From assembly GCA_042219045.1 (NCBI GenBank), contig JBDGQO010000049.1:24080-88079 (forward strand): DNA of 64,000 nt, written 5' to 3'. A program made the position numbers and the translations under genes. This document shows, piece by piece, positions 19,477 to 29,862 of this stretch (its first letter is position 1; each line of letters opens with the position of its first letter). The DNA is from Candidatus Bipolaricaulia bacterium. Its GTDB lineage: Bacteria > Bipolaricaulota > Bipolaricaulia > RBG-16-55-9. The notes below the pieces were generated by a model, which ran no database searches, was not told the origin of the DNA, and saw only the letters and a list, made by a program, of their open reading frames with translations.

Positions 19477-20187
19477 TCACCAGAGATAAAAGAAGTTGAA
19501 AATGAATACCCAGACGAGGTCGACGAAGTGCCAATACAGCCCGGCGATCTCCACACGCTCGTAGTTGCCCGTCCGATCATAGACGCCGCGCGCAGCCTGC
19601 GAGGCGATGATCGCCAGGTAGATCACCCCAATGGTGACGTGGAGCCCGTGGAATCCAGTCAGCATGAAGAACGAGGCCCCGAACTGGTCCGCGCCCATGG
19701 GCGTATCCCACGGCCGAATGCCTTCGACGAAGATCAGCCCCGTCCACTCGAACGCCTGCATGAGCACGAACGTACTGCCGATCAGCGCTGTCAAGACAAC
19801 AAACAGGGCCGTCTTGGCGCGCTCCCGCTTGTAGGCGTAGTTGACGGCGATTGCCATGGTGCCGCTGCTGCTGATCAGGATGAACGTCATGATGGCGATG
19901 AGCACCAACGGCACGTCCGCACCGAAGACATGGAGCGCAAACACTTCGCTGGTATCGGGCCATTCGGCGGTCGTCGTGATACGGGCGGCGAGGTAGCTGA
20001 TCAAAAAGGAGCCGAAGACGAAGGCGTCGCTGACGAGGAAAAGCCACATCATCGCCTTCCCCCAGCTCACCTGGAACATGCGCCTGTCGACGATCAGGTC
20101 GTGGAAGAGCTCGCGCAGGCGGGGCGGCAGTAAGTTCCCCTGACGCTCGCGTTGCTCCATGGCCTCGGACTGGGTCTCTTGATCCAT
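19477..20187 (-). CDS. Cytochrome c oxidase subunit III (CoxP-like)
   Basis: WGKAMMWLFLVSD, TGFHGLHV, GLYWHFVDLVW. Confidence 0.9.
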   Translation of the reverse strand: MDQETQSEAMEQRERQGNLLPPRLRELFHDLIVDRRMFQVSWGKAMMWLFLVSDAFVFGSFLISYLAARITTTAEWPDTSEVFALHVFGADVPLVLIAIMTFILISSSGTMAIAVNYAYKRERAKTALFVVLTALIGSTFVLMQAFEWTGLIFVEGIRPWDTPMGADQFGASFFMLTGFHGLHVTIGVIYLAIIASQAARGVYDRTGNYERVEIAGLYWHFVDLVWVFIFNFFYLW

Positions 20188-20213
20188 CCGCTTGGTCCCC
20201 CGTTTCGTCGGTG

Positions 20214-20897
20214 TTAGGTCGTTAACGTCATCATGACGAACATGATCAGCCAGATGCCCAGCAGGAAGTGCCAATAGAATGCACAGAGCTCGATTCGCAG
20301 GCTCGTCTGCGCCGGGTCCGTCGTTTCCCGTCGCGCTCGGCGCTCCGTCCAGAGCCAGGCGAACAGCCCTCCGAGCAAGTGGACGCCATGGATGGCCGTG
20401 ATGACGTAGAAGAACCCGGCCGACGGGTTGCCCGTCAGGCTGATGCCGAGTTGCTCGAGCCGAAGCCAGGCGGCCAGCTGGCCGACCATGAACAGTACGC
20501 CGAGGGCGCCGGCCGTGTAGAACCAGCGCCGAACCCGCCCCCACGATACCGCGGTGCGGCGAGCATGCCACGACGCGAGCTGGATCGCGATGCTGCTGGC
20601 GATCAAGACGCCGGTGTTGAGCCAGAGCGTCCAGGGCGTCGGGATCGAACCCCAGTCAGGCCAGCCCATGCGGACGACATAGGCGCTCGTCAACGCGGAG
20701 AAGATCAGCGTCGGCGCCACCATGAAGATCCAGAGGGTAAGCTTCGCCGTCGGGATCGGCAGCGCACCGCCGCCCGACGGGCCTCGCCCGCCGTTGTCGC
20801 CGTAGCCGATGCCGTGGCCGTTGCCGTTGCGTCCGTCGCCGTGGCCGTTCTGGCCGTTGATGTGCTGCGACCGGGAATCTTGGAGCTTGGGGCTCAT
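20214..20897 (-). CDS. Cytochrome c oxidase subunit III (CoxO-like)
   Basis: WLNTGVLIASS, IHGVHLLGG, FYWHFL. Confidence 0.9.
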   Translation of the reverse strand: MSPKLQDSRSQHINGQNGHGDGRNGNGHGIGYGDNGGRGPSGGGALPIPTAKLTLWIFMVAPTLIFSALTSAYVVRMGWPDWGSIPTPWTLWLNTGVLIASSIAIQLASWHARRTAVSWGRVRRWFYTAGALGVLFMVGQLAAWLRLEQLGISLTGNPSAGFFYVITAIHGVHLLGGLFAWLWTERRARRETTDPAQTSLRIELCAFYWHFLLGIWLIMFVMMTLTT

Positions 20898-22726
20898 GCG
20901 GCTCTCCCTTCGTCGGACGCTCCGTCGGCCGAGCCGTTTGCGCCGGACGCGCCGTCGTGGCCGTCTTCGCCCAGCGCCTCGTGCGTCTCCACGCCTGCGG
21001 GAACGCCGACTGGCGCCACGTTCTGCGGCACGTAATCCGCGTCGGCGCCGGGCACGCTGTAGTCGTAGGCCCAGCGATGGACGACCGGGAGCTTCGGCCC
21101 CCAGTTGCCGTGCTGAGGCGGCGTCTCCGGCGTCTGCCACTCCATCGTGGTGGCCTCCCAGGGGTTCTCGCTCGCCCGCTTGCCCTTGAAGATGCTCCAG
21201 ACGAGATTGCCCAGGAAGACGAACTGGACGGCGCCGACGGTCAACGCGGCGATCGTGATGAACTCGTTGAGTCCGGCGACCTGAGCGGGCGCGTTCTCGA
21301 TCTGACCGAACGCGAAGTAGCGCCGGGGCACGCCCATGAAGCCGAGATAGTGCATGGGAAAGAAGATGGCGTAGGTGCCGATGAACGTCACCCAGAAGTG
21401 GGCCTTCCCGAGTGCCCCGTTCATGAACCGGCCGGTGAGTTTGGGGAACCAGTGATAGATCCCGCCGAAGATCGCCAATATCACCGACACGCCCATCACC
21501 AAATGGAAATGGGCCACGATGAAGTAGGTGTCGCTCAGGGGGATGTCGACGGTGACGTTGCCCAGCCAGAGCCCTGTCAGCCCGCCGATGATAAACGTGC
21601 TGACAAACCCGATGGCGAAGTACATCGGCGTCGTCAAGCGAATGTCCCCGCGCCACAGCGTCAGAATCCAGTTGTAGACCTTCAAGGCCGTCGGAATGGC
21701 GATGATGACCGTCGTGGTCGCGAAGAAGAAGCCGAAGTAGGGATTCATCCCGCTGACGAACATGTGGTGGGCCCAGACGAGGAAGCTGATAATGCCGATG
21801 GCCAGGATGGCCCAGACCATCATGCGAAAGCCGAAGACGGGCTTGCGCGCGTGCGTGCTGATGAGATCGGAAATGATGCCGAAGGCCGGAAGCGCCACGA
21901 TGTAGACCTCCGGGTGGCCGAAGTACCAGAACAGGTGCTGCCACAACAGGGGGCTGCCGCCGGAATAGTCGAGCTGTTGGCCGAGCTGGTTCATGGTCGG
22001 CATGAAAAAGCTGGTGCCGGCGACCTTGTCCAGAAGCAGCATGACGCCGCCGACAAACAACGGCGGGAACGCGAACAGCGCCAGCGCCGCCGCGAAGAAG
22101 ATCCCCCAGACCGTGAGCGGAAGCCGCATCATCGTCATGCCGCGGCTGCGCAGCTGCAGGGTCGTGACGACGTAGTTGAGACCCCCCATGGTGGCGGCGG
22201 CGATGAAGATCACGAGCGAGACGAGCATCAGGATGATGCCCCAGTCGGACCCGGGGGTGCCCGCCGTGATCGCCTGGGGCGGATAGAGCGTCCAGCCCGC
22301 GCCCGTCGGCCCGCCCGGCACGAAGAAGCTGGCCAACAGCACGACGACGGACAGGAAATACGTCCAGTAGCTGAGCATGTTCACGAACGGATACGCCATG
22401 TCGCGCGCGCCGATCATGAGCGGGATGAGGTAGTTGCCGAATCCGCCCAGGAGGATCGCCGTGAGCAGGTAGACGATCATGATCATGCCGTGCATGGTGA
22501 TGGCCTGGTAGTAGGAGCCGGGATTGATGAACTCGAACTGCCCGGGGTATCCGAGCTGGAGTCGAATGACGCCCGACAGCGCCAAGCCGATGAACCCGAC
22601 GAAGATGGCGGTGATGCTGTACTGGATGGCGATGATCTTGTGATCCTGGCTGAAGATCCAGCGGGTCCAGAAGCTCTGCGGTTCGTGGGCGTGGGCGTCG
22701 TCTACCGCGTGCTCGTGCGCGTCCAT
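20894..22726 (-). CDS. ctaD: Heme-copper oxidase subunit I, type A1 (CoxN-like)
   Basis: MHG, GWTLYPP, WYFGHPEVY, WAHHMF, AHFH. Confidence 0.95.
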   Translation of the reverse strand: MDAHEHAVDDAHAHEPQSFWTRWIFSQDHKIIAIQYSITAIFVGFIGLALSGVIRLQLGYPGQFEFINPGSYYQAITMHGMIMIVYLLTAILLGGFGNYLIPLMIGARDMAYPFVNMLSYWTYFLSVVVLLASFFVPGGPTGAGWTLYPPQAITAGTPGSDWGIILMLVSLVIFIAAATMGGLNYVVTTLQLRSRGMTMMRLPLTVWGIFFAAALALFAFPPLFVGGVMLLLDKVAGTSFFMPTMNQLGQQLDYSGGSPLLWQHLFWYFGHPEVYIVALPAFGIISDLISTHARKPVFGFRMMVWAILAIGIISFLVWAHHMFVSGMNPYFGFFFATTTVIIAIPTALKVYNWILTLWRGDIRLTTPMYFAIGFVSTFIIGGLTGLWLGNVTVDIPLSDTYFIVAHFHLVMGVSVILAIFGGIYHWFPKLTGRFMNGALGKAHFWVTFIGTYAIFFPMHYLGFMGVPRRYFAFGQIENAPAQVAGLNEFITIAALTVGAVQFVFLGNLVWSIFKGKRASENPWEATTMEWQTPETPPQHGNWGPKLPVVHRWAYDYSVPGADADYVPQNVAPVGVPAGVETHEALGEDGHDGASGANGSADGASDEGRAA

Positions 22727-22760
22727 TCCGATCCCCCTTGTCTCCATGCGTGAATCGGGC

Positions 22761-23933
22761 TCATTCGTCCGATGCCTCCGCCGACGCATCGGACAGGCTC
22801 TTGATGTATTCGACGATATCCTGTAGTTCTTTATCGCTGATCTGGGATTTGCCATAGGGCTGCATGACGTTGGCCGGATAGCCTTTGTGGATCTGGTCGT
22901 TCGGATTGCGGACGGAGTTCCGAATGTATTCCTCGTCGGCCGTGACGGTCTTGCCACTATCCAGGGGCACCTCGCTGCCGTGCAGGCCCTTCCAAGTCGG
23001 CCCCGTCATCGACGAGCCGTCGGTGCTGTGACAACCCAAACAGCCGTTGCTCTGTACGATCATTCGGCCGCGCTCGATAGGCGTCTGTGGCTTATCCTCG
23101 GCTGTCTTGCCCTCCTCGGCCGGCTTCCCATCGGTCGTTTTATCCGAGGGGCGCCCGGCCAGGGTCGGCTGTCCAGCCAGCCACTTGTCGAACGCCGCCT
23201 GGTCCTCGACGACGACCTCGCCCGTCATGGTGTAGTGCGCGCGGCCGCAGTATTCGGCGCAGAGCAGATCGTAAGTCCCCGTTTCGGTGGGCGTAAACCA
23301 GGTGTTGGTGACCATGCCGGGGACCGCGTCCATCTTGACGCGGAAGTTGGGCACGTAGAAGCTGTGCAGCACGTCCTTGGAACGGATCTGCATGTCGACG
23401 GGGACGTCGACCGGCAGATGGATCGTGCCGCCCTGGATCAACACGTCGTCGTCGCCGGCCGGGTCGTCCGGATCGATCCCGTAGGGGTTTTGCGGCCCGA
23501 ACAGCTCGGGATCCGTCGCGCCGAGCTTGCCGTCCTTGCCAGCAAAGCGGTACGTCCAGCGCCACTGCTCACCGACGACCTCCACCTTCATCGCGTCGGA
23601 CGGGGCGCTGATCAGGTCGTTGTAGACGAACATGCCGGGCGCCAACAGCACGACGATGCCGAGGGCAGTGAGCCCGGCGAGCGTCTTTTCAAGACGTGGC
23701 TTTTCCGGCATGTATTCCGCTTCGCTCTGTTGGCGGTGGCGATAACGAACGATGACGTAAGCCATAAAGAGGTTGACCGCGACAAAGGCGATTCCCGTCA
23801 CAATAAACGTGACATTGGTGGAGAGGTCGATGGCCCACCAATTGGAGGCCAGCGGCGTGAAGGTCCATGGGCTGAGGAAGGTGAACGCAATGGAGGCGAT
23901 CACGATGAGGACGATCGTCAGGGCAATGATCAT
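22761..23933 (-). CDS. ctaC: Cytochrome c oxidase subunit II with fused cytochrome c (CoxM/caa3-like)
   Basis: DVLHSF, CAEYCGRAHYTM CuA site, C-terminal CLGCH. Confidence 0.93.
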   Translation of the reverse strand: MIIALTIVLIVIASIAFTFLSPWTFTPLASNWWAIDLSTNVTFIVTGIAFVAVNLFMAYVIVRYRHRQQSEAEYMPEKPRLEKTLAGLTALGIVVLLAPGMFVYNDLISAPSDAMKVEVVGEQWRWTYRFAGKDGKLGATDPELFGPQNPYGIDPDDPAGDDDVLIQGGTIHLPVDVPVDMQIRSKDVLHSFYVPNFRVKMDAVPGMVTNTWFTPTETGTYDLLCAEYCGRAHYTMTGEVVVEDQAAFDKWLAGQPTLAGRPSDKTTDGKPAEEGKTAEDKPQTPIERGRMIVQSNGCLGCHSTDGSSMTGPTWKGLHGSEVPLDSGKTVTADEEYIRNSVRNPNDQIHKGYPANVMQPYGKSQISDKELQDIVEYIKSLSDASAEASDE

Positions 23934-24100
23934 CTAACTTCCGCTCCTTCGAAAGGGTCCGCGCATGTAACGGTACTCATTACTATTATCAAAATCGCAG
24001 CCCCCCCTCAATGACCTAGATCAATGACCTCATTCTGTCGATGTGCCAAAAATAAAGATCCGGACGAGATCGGGGACAGGAATGGAGGCATCGGGCGAAT

Positions 24101-26569
24101 TCAGTCCCCCTGTCCCGATGGGCTTTCGCCAGCTCCGTTCCCTTCTGCTTCCTCTGCGTCGCGGAGGCGTTCGGCGATCTCGCCGAGCTTGTCGTCGACC
24201 TGTGCGTAGGTCGTGCCGTCGTCGAACCGGTTCGCCTCGGGGTTCCAAGACCCGGCCGTCTGCCCCGTTAGGATCTCTAACGCCTCCTCGATCGTGGCCA
24301 CCGACCAGACGTGGAACTGCCCCGCCTCCACGGCGTTCCGGACGTCGCTGGCGAGCATGAGGTGGGCCTCGTTGACCTCGGGGACCACCACGCCCTGTTC
24401 GCCCGTCAGTCCCTGCACCTTGCAGACTTTGTAGAATCCTTCGATCTTTTCGTTGACGCCCCCGATCGGCTGGATCTGGCCCTTCTGGTTGACCGAGCCC
24501 GTGATGGCGACGCCCTGATGAATGGGGACGCCCGCGAGCTCGGAGATGAGCGCGGCGAGCTCGGCGGCCGAAGCGCTGTCCCCGTCGATCGTGCCGTAGC
24601 TCTGCTCGAACGTCAGGCTGGCGGACAGCGAAAGCGGTCGATTGCGGGCGAACTGGTCGCCGAGCCAGCTCTTGAGGATCAGCAGCCCCTTGGTGTGGAT
24701 GTTGCCGGAGAGGTCCGCCTCGCGCTCGATGTTAGTCACGCCGTCCTTGCCGGTGTGAACGGTTGCCGTGATGCGTGTCGGCCGCCCGAACCGATGGTCG
24801 CCCGTGCTCAACACGCTCAGCCCGTTGATCTGGCCCGTGTTGGTGCCCTCGGTGTCGACGAAGATCTCACCTCGGGTGATCATCTCGCGAACCTTGTCCT
24901 CGAGCAGGTTGTGCCGGAAGTCGCGGGCCTCAATGGCGGACTGGACGTGATCGCGGGTGACGACATCGTCCTCGACCTCGCGCGCGCGGAAGCTTGCCTC
25001 GTCGACGATCGTCATGAGGTCGCTGAAGCACGCGGAGAGCTTGCTCTGGTCGTCGGCGCACTCGCTGGCGTACTCCACCAGCCGCGACGTGCCCGTCGGA
25101 TCAAAGGGGAGCAGATGCGGGTCCTCGTCGCTGCGAGCGCGGAGGAAGCCGGCAAACTGGCGCTCGGTCTCCTCGGTGCGCTCCATGTCGGTGTCGAACT
25201 CGCTTTTGATCGAGAACAGCTTGCGGAAGTCCTCGTCGTAGGCCTGGAGCAGGTCGTAGATGTAGCGGTTGCCGATGACAATGAACTTGACGTCCAGCGG
25301 CAAGGCCTCCGGCTTGAGGCCCTCGGCCGCGCCGTAGCCGAGCATGTTGGCGACGTCCTCGATCTCGACTTCCTTGCGCCGCAACGCGACTTTGATCGCG
25401 TGCCAACTCATGGGCGAGCGGAGGAGGTTCTCCGCGTTCAGGATCAGATACCCGCCGTTCGCCTCGTGGATCGAGCCGGGCCGGATCATCAGGAAGTCGG
25501 TCGTGACCGCCCCCATCTGCATGCGGCGCTCCACCCGACCGAACAGATTGGGATATGTGGCGTTCTCCTGGATAACGACCGGTGCGCCGTCGGTTTCGCC
25601 GTGATCGACGAGCACGTTGACGTCGTACTTGCGGAAGGGATCGTCCTGTTGGGGATCCCCTCCGCCGCTCATCATCTGCTGAACCATTTGGGGCATGTTC
25701 CCTTGGCCGCCCCCATTCTGGTTGAGGAAGATGTCCACGTTGTGAATCAGGTCCTGCAGGACCTCGTCGAGGTACGCTGTGGCACGGTCGTTGGCGCCGT
25801 AACGCTCTTTGAGATTCTGAATGCGCGGCGTGATCACGAACGAGGCGACCTCGCGGTTGAGTTCCTCGACGGCTTCCGAGCGCTCCTCCGCGACTTTGCT
25901 GGCCTGGCGCATGTCGCGCTGGATGATCTCCTGGAGCTCTTCCTGGCGCTCGCGCAGTTGGCGTTGGGTCTCCTCGTCAAGTTCCTGGAACTGCTCGCGC
26001 GTCATCGGCTCGCCGTCGTCGTTGAGGGGGACGGTTTGGATCCCAATCTGGGTCTGCTGGAGCTGGAAGCCGCGCGACTCCGCCTCCTGCTGCCAGCGCT
26101 CGTACATCGCCTGTTCGCGCTCTTTGTACTGTTCGTCGACTTGCTCGCGGCGCTCTTGATATTCGTCGCTCTCAAACGCTTGGGGCAGGTCCTCTTGGAG
26201 ACTGTCAATCAGCCGCTCCATGTCGGCCTTCAGTTGTTGGCCCTGTCCGGCGGGCAGCCGCAGATAGCGCGGCCGATACGGATCGGCGAAGTTGTGGACA
26301 TAACAGATGTCGGGCGGCTGCGTCTGTTCGGCGCTCACGTCCTCGACGAATCGCTGCACTGCGGACAGCTTGCCCGTGCCCGGGTCGCCGGCGACGAAGA
26401 CGTTGTAGCGATTGCGGGCGTTTTTGAGCTTCAGCCCGGTCTCGAGCGCCTGAATGGCCCGCTCTTGGCCGATCACTGCGCTCAGCGGCGCCACCTCGTC
26501 GGTCGTGTCGAAGTGGAAGATGCTCGGATCACAAGGACGATACAGTTGGTCGTGCGAAAGTTCGGGCAT
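24101..26569 (-). CDS. Lon-like ATP-dependent protease (LonC/AAA_32 type)
   Basis: IGQERA, GDPGTGK, ANGGYL, EQSYG.IDGDSAS, GGVNEKIEGF. Confidence 0.9.
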   Translation of the reverse strand: MPELSHDQLYRPCDPSIFHFDTTDEVAPLSAVIGQERAIQALETGLKLKNARNRYNVFVAGDPGTGKLSAVQRFVEDVSAEQTQPPDICYVHNFADPYRPRYLRLPAGQGQQLKADMERLIDSLQEDLPQAFESDEYQERREQVDEQYKEREQAMYERWQQEAESRGFQLQQTQIGIQTVPLNDDGEPMTREQFQELDEETQRQLRERQEELQEIIQRDMRQASKVAEERSEAVEELNREVASFVITPRIQNLKERYGANDRATAYLDEVLQDLIHNVDIFLNQNGGGQGNMPQMVQQMMSGGGDPQQDDPFRKYDVNVLVDHGETDGAPVVIQENATYPNLFGRVERRMQMGAVTTDFLMIRPGSIHEANGGYLILNAENLLRSPMSWHAIKVALRRKEVEIEDVANMLGYGAAEGLKPEALPLDVKFIVIGNRYIYDLLQAYDEDFRKLFSIKSEFDTDMERTEETERQFAGFLRARSDEDPHLLPFDPTGTSRLVEYASECADDQSKLSACFSDLMTIVDEASFRAREVEDDVVTRDHVQSAIEARDFRHNLLEDKVREMITRGEIFVDTEGTNTGQINGLSVLSTGDHRFGRPTRITATVHTGKDGVTNIEREADLSGNIHTKGLLILKSWLGDQFARNRPLSLSASLTFEQSYGTIDGDSASAAELAALISELAGVPIHQGVAITGSVNQKGQIQPIGGVNEKIEGFYKVCKVQGLTGEQGVVVPEVNEAHLMLASDVRNAVEAGQFHVWSVATIEEALEILTGQTAGSWNPEANRFDDGTTYAQVDDKLGEIAERLRDAEEAEGNGAGESPSGQGD

Positions 26570-26700
26570 GCGAATCCTCCCTGAAGGATCCCTGGGTGGC
26601 GTTCCCTTTGACGATCGGCGTCGGAGCGACGAAGCCCCGAAAATCCCAGAGTCCGATCATTTTAGCCAAGCCGTCGCCGCGGGAGCAAGCGGCATCGGCT

Positions 26701-29646
26701 TCAATTATCGGAGCGCGTGTCGATGTTGGCGACGTGGCCGCAGACGACCACCTTGTTGCCCGAGGGCACGTGATACGTGCGTGGGTCCGCGTCCGTCGGG
26801 GTCAAGCGGACGCGAGCGACGTCGTCGCTCGCGTTGAGATAGGTGACGCAGGCTTGGCCGACGACGCGGCGCCAGGCCTCGGGCGGCTCGAACGCGATCC
26901 GCTCGAATGCGACTGCTATCAGTTCGCTCGGACCCTGAACGCGGATGACCACGGGCACCGTGACGGCATCGACGGCGGCTTGCTCCGAACCGATGCGGAT
27001 GGAGCTTTGGTGCGTGCCCGGTTGGAGCTCCTCGGCGTCGATCGAGACCACCAACTCGAAACGGCCGGATCCGCTCGAGGCGTTGACGTTGATCCACGAC
27101 GCTTGCGGCTCGGCAGTCCAGCTCAGCGTTCCGCTGCCCGCGTTGCGGATCTGCAGCACCCGGCTCTCGGGGGATTCGCCAAGCGAGGTCTCAAAGCGGA
27201 GACGTCCGGGCTCGACGCCGATCTCGGGCTTCGCAACGTCAAGGACGACGTCGATACGGAACGGGCTGTTGGTCGCGGTCTCGGCCTTCAGGACGATCTG
27301 CGCTTTATGGCGTCCGGGGCCGAGGTCGCGCGGGTTCAGCAACACGCGGACTTTGGACGGCGTCGATCCGGAGGTAGGGTTGACGGTGACCCATGACTTC
27401 GTCGTCCGAGCCGTCCAATCCAGCGAGCCGTCGCTACGGTTGGTGATTGAGATATTTCGGATGGGCGCGCCCCGATCGCCGACTGTGACCTCGTAGGTCA
27501 GTCGTTGCTCCGAGACGTCGAAGCTCGGCCGCCCGATCACCGTTAGGCTCGCCCGCCCGCTCGGCGCCTCTTGGCTCTCGCCAATAACGCGGAATGAGCG
27601 CGGACCAAGCTCGGCCGAGCTCGCCACGGAGATCGTGATCGGGAGCTCATTGTCGGTGGCGCCGTCGCGAATCGACGCCGTCACGCCTTCGCCCTCGAAG
27701 ACCACGTCCATGGCGTCCGTCAACCCCGTGCCTTGGATCGTCGCGTCTATCCGTTGGCCCACGGCGGCTCGGCCGGGCGTAATGCTCGTGACGTTCAGCT
27801 TCGACGGGTCCAAGGGCAGCGGCCCCATCGTGAGGCCGCCCGCACCGTAGAGGTTGTCCGCGCCGGGCGAGCCGAGGTCCTCGGCCCGCCGCTTAAGGGC
27901 GTCCATGATCTCGTTGGGCGATCCGTCAGGCATCGCCTGTTGCAGGAGTGCGGCGGCGCCGGCCGCATGCGGACTGGCCGCGCTAGTGCCCGTGAAGCCC
28001 GGATTCTGATTGTCGCCCGTCGGGCTCCAGGCCCCGAACGGCGTCGTGGAGACGTGGGTGGGCGCGGCAACATCCGGCTTGATGCGACCATCTTTGGTGG
28101 GGCCTCGACTGGAGTAGGACAGCAGCGATCCCTCGGGGCAGAGCTCGCCGCACGCTTCTGGGTCGTGGTGGCGGGCGCCAACCGTCAGCGCGTTCGGGGA
28201 GATCGAGGGTTCGAGGATGCTGACGCTGCCGTCGCGCGTGAGGTAGTTGAAATCTCCCTCGACACAGTCTTTGCAGGACCGGATCAGCATGTCCAGCGGC
28301 ACGTCGGGGGCGTCCGGATCGGTTTTGGTGATGACGACCTGGAACCTCTTCGTCTCGCCGACTTGAGCGGCATCGAAGCGGAAGACCTTGAAGGTGGATC
28401 GTATGGGAATGCCGGGCCGCCAGGTCCAGCTGCCGCGGGCCGGGTCGGCTTCCTTGTCTTCGGGGATGATGCGGACATCGTAGGCGAGGTCGGCGCCCGT
28501 GCAGGGCGCATCCCAGCTCAAAGTGAAGTTCAGGATAGCGGCAGCCACGTCCTGCCCGTTTGCACTGGCCTCGACGAGTTTGGTTTCCACGGTGAAGGTG
28601 TTGTCCTTCGCCGTGAAGTTATGCCGGCCATCGTCGTCGGGATCGGCATAGGTCCCTTGCCAGTGGTTGTTGGCCTCGTTGCCAGCAGACGTGGCCCACG
28701 TGATCCCCGCATCGCGCGCTCTTTGGATGATGGGCTCGAAGATGCCGCCGCCCTTGCGGAAGCAGCCGGACGAGAAGCCGAGTGACGTGTTGATGACGTC
28801 CACGTTCCGTTCGATCATCCAGTCGACGCTCCGTTCGAACTGGACGTCCGTCTGGAAGTTGCTCAAGAACAACTCTGACCGCGGCGCAACGTCGTGAACG
28901 ACTTCGGCCGTCCCTAGCCCATGATACTGGGCGGTCTCGGAACAATTGGAGCACTCAATGTCTTCATCCGGGCGGAACGACCGCGTTGAGACACTGTGCT
29001 CAGCCGGCAACTCGCTCCCCAGGCGGTCCGCGTAGTCCTTGAAGCCGGAGTCGATGATGCCCACACGAACGCCCTGGCCGTTCAGGCCGATCTCATGCCA
29101 CGGGGCGACGCCGATGGCGTCGAGCCCTTCGCTGCGCACCTCGTCCTCGGCAGCGGCCGCTTGGGCCGTGAGTTGCGGATCGCGCGGAACCGGCGACATG
29201 GGGAGGCGGATAAAGCGCACGTCGGGTTCCTTGGCCAGCTCGGCGATCGTCGACGACGTCAGACGGGCCTGGATGCGCGAGCGAGCGACGCCCTCGACTT
29301 GACCTCCCAGATCCGCGATCGCCGAGCGGATCTCGGACACGGCGTCGACGTTCCGGACGTCAATCACTACGCGGAAGCCCTTGGGTGTCAGAGCGGCCGT
29401 CACGGGAAAAGCAGTATGCCGGGACGAATCGAGCTGGACGTTGAGGCTCGGCTCATCGCCCGCTTCGCTCATCAGGCGTTTTAGTGAGTTCTGTATCTTG
29501 GTTGGCGACGCGCCTCGGTCGGCCCCTTCGTCGCGCTGCGACGTCTCCGATGATAGCCCGTCAGCCATCAATGATGGTTGCAAGCCCGCCATGGAACAGA
29601 TACCGAGCAAAACAATGCCGACCGCCATGTTGCGACGACGCCGCAT
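26701..29646 (-). CDS. Secreted S8 subtilisin-like peptidase with C-terminal Ig/BACON-like domains
   Basis: GIIDSG, YHGLGTA, SAGN, FTGTSAASPH catalytic motifs; GGAGG SD before the ATG at 29646. Confidence 0.9.
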   Translation of the reverse strand: MRRRRNMAVGIVLLGICSMAGLQPSLMADGLSSETSQRDEGADRGASPTKIQNSLKRLMSEAGDEPSLNVQLDSSRHTAFPVTAALTPKGFRVVIDVRNVDAVSEIRSAIADLGGQVEGVARSRIQARLTSSTIAELAKEPDVRFIRLPMSPVPRDPQLTAQAAAAEDEVRSEGLDAIGVAPWHEIGLNGQGVRVGIIDSGFKDYADRLGSELPAEHSVSTRSFRPDEDIECSNCSETAQYHGLGTAEVVHDVAPRSELFLSNFQTDVQFERSVDWMIERNVDVINTSLGFSSGCFRKGGGIFEPIIQRARDAGITWATSAGNEANNHWQGTYADPDDDGRHNFTAKDNTFTVETKLVEASANGQDVAAAILNFTLSWDAPCTGADLAYDVRIIPEDKEADPARGSWTWRPGIPIRSTFKVFRFDAAQVGETKRFQVVITKTDPDAPDVPLDMLIRSCKDCVEGDFNYLTRDGSVSILEPSISPNALTVGARHHDPEACGELCPEGSLLSYSSRGPTKDGRIKPDVAAPTHVSTTPFGAWSPTGDNQNPGFTGTSAASPHAAGAAALLQQAMPDGSPNEIMDALKRRAEDLGSPGADNLYGAGGLTMGPLPLDPSKLNVTSITPGRAAVGQRIDATIQGTGLTDAMDVVFEGEGVTASIRDGATDNELPITISVASSAELGPRSFRVIGESQEAPSGRASLTVIGRPSFDVSEQRLTYEVTVGDRGAPIRNISITNRSDGSLDWTARTTKSWVTVNPTSGSTPSKVRVLLNPRDLGPGRHKAQIVLKAETATNSPFRIDVVLDVAKPEIGVEPGRLRFETSLGESPESRVLQIRNAGSGTLSWTAEPQASWINVNASSGSGRFELVVSIDAEELQPGTHQSSIRIGSEQAAVDAVTVPVVIRVQGPSELIAVAFERIAFEPPEAWRRVVGQACVTYLNASDDVARVRLTPTDADPRTYHVPSGNKVVVCGHVANIDTRSDN

Positions 29647-29862
29647 CCGACACCGCCTCCTGTTGGTTGTGCATCGATGTTGGTTGCGCAGATGGTAGCG
29701 GCCAGACGGAGCCCTTGCCAGACCCAAGCGTTGCTGTTTTCCGACAGCGACGAGAACGATGGCCGGGAGGCGATCATCGTCGCCAAGCGCCTGTAACGCT
29801 CCGCGGGGCCTTGACCCGAGTCATGCCCAACACCTAGACTTGGCAAATCCCGAGTGGTTGCC

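Noticed and set aside
20957..26584. Long antisense ORFs (e.g. 598 aa and 757 aa) opposite cox I and Lon, and similar ones opposite gyrA, tyrS and thiB
   Set aside because: Shadow ORFs typical of high-GC codon bias; the opposite strand carries clear conserved genes
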